64,000 nucleotides of DNA from an uncultured bacterium (lineage in GTDB: Bacteria; Oederibacteriota; JAAXVQ01; JAUVAV01): NCBI GenBank assembly GCA_963710755.1, contig CAVQBK010000003.1, positions 96,001 to 160,000 of the forward strand, read 5' to 3'. Positions 1 to 6,716 of this stretch are shown here, in pieces. The notes beneath the pieces were generated by a model. That model ran no database searches. It was given only the letters and a program-made list of their open reading frames with translations, and was not told the origin of the DNA. Both the position numbers and the translations under genes were made by a program. Each line of letters begins with the position of its first letter. Positions within the stretch are counted from its first letter, which is position 1.

Positions 1-2137
1 AGGATATGTGTTTAAAAATATTGAGGGTCAGGCGCCCGGCTTTTTCCGCCGTATTATCGCCAAAGATTTTGGCCACTCGGGCATGGCTGTACTCATGCAA
101 CGCCAGGGAAAACAAAATGATCAGTACTGCCCCGGCGACCACACCAGCCAACATCATTGCCGGCATCGTGATACCCGGCCAAATGGCAAAATACCATTTC
201 ACGGCCACCGTCAAAAGACCTAACGCCCCTGCTGCCGAAACCACCGCATGCAACCAAATACCTTGTTTGGTTAATAGAAAATGCTGGTAGTGCTGTATGG
301 TGGGGTTGGTAGCCAAGAAGGTTGGGATCTTTCGCCACAATTTTAATAATGGGGTCGCAGGGTGAAGGAATACCTCAACCGCCTCCCGCGACACGCCTTG
401 TTTCCTAGCAGACCTAGATGCAACCCACGCTGTTTGCAGACATTGATCATAATTATCAAAAAAAACGATGGTCCATTGAGAAAAATGCTCCACCGTGCCC
501 CACGGCGTACCCTCCCGGCCCTTCAGCCTCCGGGGAGTAATTAAGGCCCAAACCTGGTGCGGAGGACCCTTTGGATCTTGAACCGCAATGGGGTGTATCA
601 CCATACCGGCTGGAAGTTTTGCCCTGGCATCGGTGTCAGGCCCGTTATCTTGGTTGGCAGCAAGAATTTGCTGCTGTTGGGGGGGGAGTTTTTCCCAAGC
701 TGCCCGGGCCAAAGCGTCCAGGGTTAACTCAACACTTTGCCGATACAGCATTGGATGAGCCTGTGGCCACAAAGGCGGGGCCATGTTGGTTTGAGTGCGA
801 ACCAGTAACTTTTCCAAAGGCAACAGCTTGTCCTGCAAAATATTGAAGTACGGATTGATCATGTCGGTTTTGGTCACTGTGGGCCTGATGACCACGTAAT
901 TCATGCCTTGCTGTTTAAGGGCCTTCAGCACGCCCTGGCGGTGAAAACCGCCCATAATCAGCACGGCCAAATCTTCATGACGCTGCAACAGACGCTGCTT
1001 CACATTGGCTGCAAAGGCCAGACTGCGTTCATCAGCCAGGCGGTAAAAGGTTCCCACCTGCCGGAGATAGTCGTCCAGTCGATAAAGCTCCGGTTCGACC
1101 CCATCGCCAATCTTTTTTTGCTGAGCAATGAATTGCAAAAAAGCAGCCATACGATAATCCTCAGCATGTGCTTGGTAGGCGGCCCATTCCTCATTGGAAA
1201 TGGAAATACTGAGCATACGCCCAATCATCTCCGCCCGCGCCAGCAGCTGATCCAGTTTCATTTCCTGCGGCGTTTGATATAACTTCTGCCTGATGGCTTG
1301 ATCGAGGCGCTCCAAATCCTTGCCGGCCGGTTCCATGTCCTGAGGGGCGATCTTGCCATCATCCAGCCGTTCCAGCAGCTGTTGCTGACTGTACTCCAGA
1401 ATGAGCTTAACCCTCCTGGCCCACAGTCTGAGGAGGCGGGCATAGGCTCTAATGGTGAGCTTATTGTTTCGGAAATCTGTTTTCAGCCCATCAAAGGCGT
1501 AAAGCGCCTTGTGATAAACAGAAGACTTCAAGTCCTTTAACCGATCTTGCAAGTCCGCCACCAAGCCCTGGGTTTCCATGTTTAAAAAAGCTTTAACCGT
1601 GTGGTGCGCCTTCTGGTAAAGAACTTGATTTTCCACACCGAAAAGTTCCACCTCCGATGTCTGCCCGGCCGCAAAATATTCCGCGCCTGTCAGCTTGCCT
1701 TGTTTCATAAAATAATCCGCCGCCATTTGCCGCAACCAAGCAACGGGAAAGGTACGCAGCGGACCGAGATCCACCGTTCCGCTGCCGCCTTCCAACCCAA
1801 TGATTCCAATATCTTGTGACTTAAGAAGTCGGGTTAAAATAGAGGCAATGTTCTTTTGCACTTCGTAATGGCAGTGCAGATCTTCAATACAGATAATCGT
1901 TTGACCTGATGATCCCTGATAGCGGTCCTGCACGCGGCCAATGGCTTCGGGCAACTGTAACGGTTGCTTCAAGGCTCCCCAGACAGGCAAGGTATGGGGG
2001 GGGGACTTATAGACGATGGGATTTATGGTCCAGGCCAGGGCAGGCCATAAAAAAGTGGTGATCAGCATAAGGACGATCATCCGCCGGATGGCGGCGTAGG
2101 AACGGATGAAAAGATGAGAAAAACATTTATTGGTCAT
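1..2137 (-). CDS. Large secreted/membrane protein, partial (runs off the left edge): signal peptide, conserved DxH/EG/GGFH domain, then M50 (site-2 protease) metallopeptidase domain
   Basis: Manual translation gives an uninterrupted frame from ATG 2137 (GCAGGA RBS upstream) to position 1. It begins MTNKCFSHLFIRSYAAIRRMIVLMLITTFLWPALA and contains IEDLHCHYEVQKNIASIL, IGLEGGSG, GKLTGAEY, FYRLADERS and LIMGGFH. TM helices and LALHEYSHARVAKIFGDNTAEKAGRLTLN follow. It is absent from the ORF track because there is no stop in the window. Confidence 0.88.
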   Translation of the reverse strand, partial: MTNKCFSHLFIRSYAAIRRMIVLMLITTFLWPALAWTINPIVYKSPPHTLPVWGALKQPLQLPEAIGRVQDRYQGSSGQTIICIEDLHCHYEVQKNIASILTRLLKSQDIGIIGLEGGSGTVDLGPLRTFPVAWLRQMAADYFMKQGKLTGAEYFAAGQTSEVELFGVENQVLYQKAHHTVKAFLNMETQGLVADLQDRLKDLKSSVYHKALYAFDGLKTDFRNNKLTIRAYARLLRLWARRVKLILEYSQQQLLERLDDGKIAPQDMEPAGKDLERLDQAIRQKLYQTPQEMKLDQLLARAEMIGRMLSISISNEEWAAYQAHAEDYRMAAFLQFIAQQKKIGDGVEPELYRLDDYLRQVGTFYRLADERSLAFAANVKQRLLQRHEDLAVLIMGGFHRQGVLKALKQQGMNYVVIRPTVTKTDMINPYFNILQDKLLPLEKLLVRTQTNMAPPLWPQAHPMLYRQSVELTLDALARAAWEKLPPQQQQILAANQDNGPDTDARAKLPAGMVIHPIAVQDPKGPPHQVWALITPRRLKGREGTPWGTVEHFSQWTIVFFDNYDQCLQTAWVASRSARKQGVSREAVEVFLHPATPLLKLWRKIPTFLATNPTIQHYQHFLLTKQGIWLHAVVSAAGALGLLTVAVKWYFAIWPGITMPAMMLAGVVAGAVLIILFSLALHEYSHARVAKIFGDNTAEKAGRLTLNIFKHIS

Positions 2138-2345
2138 GGTTAAATCCTGCTTAAAGAAAGTGCAAGGCAGAGCAGAGGGCAAAGTTGGTCAACTATAACA
2201 AAAGCAAGATAAAGGGCCAAATTAAAATATGAGACTCCCTATATATTCTGATTTCCAACCCGGTCTTGGTTTTAATCTGAAACAAAGCAAGTTGTGATTT
2301 TTGTAGTAATACCTAACCCCTCATGTCGATACCTCTGCTTGGTCA

Positions 2346-2374
2346 TTGACAGGCTTTTTACCCCATGCTAGGCT
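2346..2374 (+). promoter_or_regulatory. Putative sigma70 promoter of the dioxygenase gene
   Basis: TTGACA-17 nt-TAGGCT with a TG extended -10 motif, about 40 nt upstream of ATG 2415. Confidence 0.55.
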
Positions 2375-2414
2375 TGGACCAGCATCACTCACTGAAATAA
2401 CCAAGGGTGATCTC

Positions 2415-3230
2415 ATGGATAATCAACCTCTGCACCATCTACGATCGGCCTCCCTTCCCATGCCCCTTTTATTTCTGGGCCATGGGACACCCATGAATGC
2501 GATTGAAAACAATGAATTTAGCACCAATTGGCGGATCTTGGGCCAGCGTTTACCTGCACCCAAAGCGATTGTGGTGGTCTCAGCCCATTGGCAGACGGAA
2601 GGACTGACCGTAACCACCAGTGACCAGCCGGAAACAGTCCATGACTTTTGGGGCTTTCCGGAGATCCTGAACCGTTTTGTCTATCCTGCTCCAGGAGCCC
2701 CGGTCTTGGCGGAAACCATTAAACACCAGCTGACCATGGCGAAGGTGCGATCGGACCCTGACCGGGGTTTGGATCACGGCGCCTGGTCGGTGCTGGCCCA
2801 CCTATTTCCAGCGGCCTCTGTGCCGGTGATCCAAATCAGCCTGGACTGGCGTCAATCCCCGGGGTTTCATTATCAACTGGGACAAGACCTCGGCTTTTTA
2901 AGGCAACAAGGTGTATTGCTGGTGGGTAGCGGCAATGTGGTGCATAATCTCGATCTAATCGCTGATCAGCAGAAGGGATTTGATTGGGCGGACCAATTTG
3001 CACTGGTTGTTAAAAAGGCTCTGGAAAAGGAAGACCACCAGGCCTTGATTGACTACGAACATCTCCATCCTGCCGCTCATCTGGCGGTGCCCACCAATGA
3101 ACATTATTTGCCCATGCTCTTTATCCTTGGGGCAACCCAGCCTGGAGATCAACGCATACTTTTCTCAGACCGCTGCACTATGGGCTCTTTGTCCATGCTC
3201 AGCTTTTTATACTACCAGGAAGCTGGTTAG
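2415..3230 (+). CDS. ygiD: 4,5-DOPA extradiol dioxygenase (LigB/YgiD family)
   Basis: LFLGHGTPMN, VSAHW, HDFWGFP, RGLDHGAW, GSGNVVHNL and PTNEHYLP motifs. Start moved to ATG 2415, which follows an AAGGGTGA RBS. Confidence 0.9.
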   Translation: MDNQPLHHLRSASLPMPLLFLGHGTPMNAIENNEFSTNWRILGQRLPAPKAIVVVSAHWQTEGLTVTTSDQPETVHDFWGFPEILNRFVYPAPGAPVLAETIKHQLTMAKVRSDPDRGLDHGAWSVLAHLFPAASVPVIQISLDWRQSPGFHYQLGQDLGFLRQQGVLLVGSGNVVHNLDLIADQQKGFDWADQFALVVKKALEKEDHQALIDYEHLHPAAHLAVPTNEHYLPMLFILGATQPGDQRILFSDRCTMGSLSMLSFLYYQEAG

Positions 3231-4192
3231 GCACCCTTACCGCCGGGGACAAGGTCGTGCACCTCACGAATGATTTTTTCAGCTTCCAGGGCGGCAATGG
3301 TGCCGTCGGCCACAGCCGTGGTAATCTGACGGTATTTTTTCTCGCGCACATCCCCAATAGCAAACACACCGGGCTGACTGGTGTGCATCAATTCGTCGGC
3401 AGCAATATAACCCTGATCATTTAGATGGATCTGGTCTTTCACCAAACCGGTGCGTGGTACAAAGCCGGCGTAAACAAATACCCCGTCCGTCGCCAGATGC
3501 TTGCGCTGGCCGGTTTTTAAATCCTCAACTTCCACTTCTTCCAGCTTGGTTTCACCCCGGTAGGCTCGGGGCTCATGACAACACATAAATTCAATTTTGG
3601 GATTCTTTTGGGCATTGTCCACTGCCAAGGCACTGCTTTGGAAACCGTCAAACTGATGCACAATGGTGACCTTTTGGGCAAATTGAGTTAAAAACACGGC
3701 TTCTTCCAGCGCCGAATTGCCACCGCCCACCACAACCACTTGTTTATCCTGATAAAAATCAGCATCGCAGGTGGCACAATAAGACAAACCCCGGCCTTTA
3801 AAGGTCTGCTCGCCCGGCAGGCCCAGTTGCCGCGGCTCCTGGCCCATGGCCAAAATAACAGCCGGCGCATAGAGGGTTTCTTCTTCATCGAGTTCCACGC
3901 TTTTACGGCGTTCCGTCAAGGACAACCCTGTGATCTCAGCGGCATTATAAAAGGTGACGCCATAGTGCTTGGCCTGCTCTTCCATCAAGCGGGCCAGTTC
4001 CTTACCCCGGATCTCCGGGTAGACCCCGGGATAATTGGCCACCAGGTGGGTGGTTTTCATCCATCCGCCGGGAAGATTTTCTTCCACCACGGCCACATCC
4101 AATTTGGCCCGACCTGCATACAAGGCCGCGGTTAATCCGGCTGGTCCTGCGCCAATGATAATTAAATCATGTGATTTGGTCATATCATTCAC
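3227..4192 (-). CDS. trxB: Thioredoxin reductase (flavin TrxR, atypical nucleotide-binding motif)
   Basis: GAGPAG FAD motif, YCATCD redox motif, GGGNSA, and GDVREKKYRQITTAVADG. HQFDGFQ replaces the usual HRRxxxR. Confidence 0.9.
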   Translation of the reverse strand: MNDMTKSHDLIIIGAGPAGLTAALYAGRAKLDVAVVEENLPGGWMKTTHLVANYPGVYPEIRGKELARLMEEQAKHYGVTFYNAAEITGLSLTERRKSVELDEEETLYAPAVILAMGQEPRQLGLPGEQTFKGRGLSYCATCDADFYQDKQVVVVGGGNSALEEAVFLTQFAQKVTIVHQFDGFQSSALAVDNAQKNPKIEFMCCHEPRAYRGETKLEEVEVEDLKTGQRKHLATDGVFVYAGFVPRTGLVKDQIHLNDQGYIAADELMHTSQPGVFAIGDVREKKYRQITTAVADGTIAALEAEKIIREVHDLVPGGKGA

Positions 4193-4511
4193 CTACCAGT
4201 TGCTCGATGGCGCCCTTAATCTCTGATTTTTTGATCTCTCCCGACAGACGCTGGCCCTGCTCCTGACCATCTTTGAAAAAGACCAAGGTAGGACTGCCGC
4301 TGACACCCAGTTTTTCCGCCAAATCGCGGTTGCCTTGACGGTATATTTTTAAAAACTTCACCCGGTCGCCAAAGCTCTGTTCCACAGCTTCGTATTTGGG
4401 TGCCAAGGCTTCACATGGCGGACAATCGGTGGAAAAAAAATCCAATACCGCCGCTTGCCCGGTTTGGATAACCTCTTGTTCAAATTGGTCCTGATTAATT
4501 TCTTTCACCAT
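4185..4511 (-). CDS. Thioredoxin (CPPC active site)
   Basis: MVKEINQDQFEQEV...DFFSTDCPPCEAL...GVSGSPTLVFFKDG. The likely start is ATG 4511 (AGGAGG upstream), overlapping the end of the radical SAM gene. Confidence 0.9.
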   Translation of the reverse strand: MVKEINQDQFEQEVIQTGQAAVLDFFSTDCPPCEALAPKYEAVEQSFGDRVKFLKIYRQGNRDLAEKLGVSGSPTLVFFKDGQEQGQRLSGEIKKSEIKGAIEQLVGE

Positions 4512-5892
4512 GATAGGGAACCTCCTGTATTTTTTTGAGCAGGTCTTCATAATAAAATTCCAAGCCCGCCTGCATGATGGCGCCAATGGGTTTGCAGTCA
4601 GGCGCCAACAAGGACCCTTGTTGGACGTGGGCCAAGACACCGCAACCGCCGCCACAGGCAGGCGCCACACTGCAGGTGCTGCACTCGGCAATGGTCTGCA
4701 CCCGGCGCGCTTGCCAGGACTTGGCGGCCTCCTGCAAATGCCAAACCGGATCATAACTGCCCAGAGCATAAGCCGGCTGACCCAAAGTGGCGGTGCAACC
4801 GTAGATCTTACCGCTCATATCAAAACCCCATTCATGTTTGGCCGCCGGGCAGGCGTCAAAGCGGGGCGTCAACATTTCTTCCTGCTCAATCCATTCTTTG
4901 AGCCCGTAAAAAGAAGGCTGATGAAAACGGCGCAGCAGCCGATTATCTTTGGCCATGGCCACAAATCGTTGATAAAGCCCGTCTTGCGTCAACAGGTCCT
5001 GGGGACAGCCGTAGGCGTCGTAAAGCTCGTAATTGCGGCCCAGCTGAGTCTTAAACCGTCCTGCCGGCTGATCAAGCCAGCCGTGCTCCTCGGCCAACTG
5101 CGCTAATTCCACCAGACCGTTCATATTGCCGTGATCAAGCACTACCCTGAGATTGATGGACATCCCGGTCTGCAACGCCAGATCAATACCAGCCACAATT
5201 TTGGCAAAGGTGGGTTCCTTGGTCTTGGTCATGCGGCGCTGATCATGCTGCAATGGTCCGCCGTCCAGCGTCACCTGAATTTCCTTGATCGGCCCCTGGC
5301 TAAGGTCCTCCATCCATTCCTGCAGACGATAGCCGTTGGTGACCACCGCCACGGCCAGGCTGCGCGCCTGTGAAGCAGCTATGATTTTTTGCACAATGCG
5401 CTTCAACCCGGTCCCTTGGCCCAGCGGCTCTCCGCCAAAGATGGTCACAAATTTTTCCCGGCCTTGCCCAACCGGTGCGTCCAGGGCCATTTCCACCTGG
5501 CGCTCGGTCATAAGACCTTGCTGCTGATACGAGCGCTGGTAACAATAGGAACAGGCTAATTCACAGGCATAGGTGGGCACCAGCAGGAGTTGCACCGGCG
5601 TTTGTCGGTACACTTCGTCAAACGCCGTTTGTTTTTGCTGCAAGTAGTTTTGTGCCTCTTGGTAGGTAGTGAAGTAATAATGATGGTCCAAAAAATCCTG
5701 GGTGACCGGGCCGGCCTTTTGATCACCGCCCAGCACCCGGGCTTCCTGGTCATCCACCAAGTGAAAAGCCCCTGAAAGCAGATTCACGGCTACCTGGGAT
5801 CTGCCGGCGATGGGCGCCGGCAGCTTTAACAGCAGCGTATGGGGACTGGCCACGTGAGACTTGGCCCCCGTGCTGCCACCAGTCTTAGTCAT
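4495..5892 (-). CDS. Radical SAM/SPASM domain protein, probable peptide maturase
   Basis: CELACSYC (CX3CX2C), FGGEP, VTNG and QVTLDG. SPASM cysteines: CPAA..GKIYGC..ECSTC..ACGGGC..PDC. There is a ~100-aa N-terminal extension. Likely start is ATG 5892, overlapping the peptide gene by 8 nt. Confidence 0.9.
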   Translation of the reverse strand: MTKTGGSTGAKSHVASPHTLLLKLPAPIAGRSQVAVNLLSGAFHLVDDQEARVLGGDQKAGPVTQDFLDHHYYFTTYQEAQNYLQQKQTAFDEVYRQTPVQLLLVPTYACELACSYCYQRSYQQQGLMTERQVEMALDAPVGQGREKFVTIFGGEPLGQGTGLKRIVQKIIAASQARSLAVAVVTNGYRLQEWMEDLSQGPIKEIQVTLDGGPLQHDQRRMTKTKEPTFAKIVAGIDLALQTGMSINLRVVLDHGNMNGLVELAQLAEEHGWLDQPAGRFKTQLGRNYELYDAYGCPQDLLTQDGLYQRFVAMAKDNRLLRRFHQPSFYGLKEWIEQEEMLTPRFDACPAAKHEWGFDMSGKIYGCTATLGQPAYALGSYDPVWHLQEAAKSWQARRVQTIAECSTCSVAPACGGGCGVLAHVQQGSLLAPDCKPIGAIMQAGLEFYYEDLLKKIQEVPYHGERN

Positions 5893-6010
5893 GGCAGCCG
5901 GCGATCGTTTTACTTTCCTTGGCACAGCACTGGGCTGTTTTCAGGCTTTGGCAGCATTTTTTTTCAGTTTTAAATTCCTCTTTTTTCTTGCCGGAAGTGA
6001 ATGTAATCAT
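5885..6010 (-). CDS. 41-aa Cys-rich peptide, putative precursor/substrate of the radical SAM enzyme
   Basis: Manual translation: MITFTSGKKKEEFKTEKKCCQSLKTAQCCAKESKTIAGCHD*. The ATG overlaps the methyltransferase stop (ATGA) and has an AAGGAG RBS. It fills the gap between the two flanking genes and is below the 60-aa cutoff of the track. Confidence 0.85.
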   Translation of the reverse strand: MITFTSGKKKEEFKTEKKCCQSLKTAQCCAKESKTIAGCHD

Positions 6011-6627
6011 GGGGTAATCTCCTTTTTTACAATAATATGAACGGACTCAAAAGCCACGTTCCTTTTCCTATATGATCTCAGAGATGTCATGGCTGGGGAT
6101 AAAAACCCGGCCGCTTTAAACAGAGTGACCCACTCGGCCTTGGTAATGCAGCCGCCGAAACAGTCGGCCCTGGCCTGCGGATCCTGCCGGGTAGTTTCGG
6201 GCAAGGGGTCTTCAGTAACCGGTTCGGCAATCACCGCCGTGGCGCCCCATTTTAGCACCCGGTAAATCTCCTTTACAACCGTCAGTTTGTCCCAGGCGTG
6301 ATTAAGGCTGCAGTCGGCCACCACCCAGTCAAACTGCTGGTCCGCAAAAGGCAACGCTTCCATTCGGCCCAATCTCCACTCCACCCGGCCGTCGGGATCA
6401 AGCGCCCGGGCTCGGTCCAGCATGGCCTGGGTGGCATCGAGCCCCACCAAAGTGGCCTCCGTCACCTCGCCTGCCAGACCCCTGAGCAAGCTGCCTTGGC
6501 CGCAACCGAGTTCCAGCAACCGTTCTTGGGGCTGCAGGGCAATACGGGGGCGCAGGTTTGGCGAACAGCTTAAACAAGTATCTTGCCCAGCCAGAGCGGT
6601 ATAACGCTGGTGCAAAGGATCGGTCAT
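6007..6627 (-). CDS. Class I SAM-dependent methyltransferase, ArsM/AS3MT-like
   Basis: LELGCGQG SAM motif, GLDAT, EALPFADQQFDWVVADC and EIYRVLK. Cysteines at ArsM-like positions: CLSC, ADCSLN, ADCFGGC. Confidence 0.82.
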   Translation of the reverse strand: MTDPLHQRYTALAGQDTCLSCSPNLRPRIALQPQERLLELGCGQGSLLRGLAGEVTEATLVGLDATQAMLDRARALDPDGRVEWRLGRMEALPFADQQFDWVVADCSLNHAWDKLTVVKEIYRVLKWGATAVIAEPVTEDPLPETTRQDPQARADCFGGCITKAEWVTLFKAAGFLSPAMTSLRSYRKRNVAFESVHIIVKKEITP

Positions 6628-6660
6628 GAAGAGACCTCCAGAACGCTAGTATATTAGCTT

Positions 6661-6687
6661 ATTATAATGTTCTTATCTTATTGTCAA
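6661..6687 (-). promoter_or_regulatory. Candidate promoter of the methyltransferase-peptide-radical SAM operon
   Basis: Perfect TTGACA (6687-6682) and TATAAT (6666-6661) on the minus strand, but the spacer is only 15 nt. Confidence 0.4.
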
Positions 6688-6716
6688 GTGTTTTTTGACG
6701 GGGCGGTCCTAATAAA

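Noticed and set aside
6-1819. Numerous short ORFs in the track
   Set aside because: They are shadows of the long minus-strand ORF 2137->1, which carries recognisable motifs.
5893-5925. Track start (GTG 5925) for the radical SAM gene
   Set aside because: It lies inside the peptide gene in another frame; ATG 5892 fits translational coupling better.
5885-6010. Peptide as SCIFF or a selenocysteine-containing peptide
   Set aside because: It has five Cys in a CC/CC/C pattern unlike SCIFF, no in-frame TGA, and ends in TAA.
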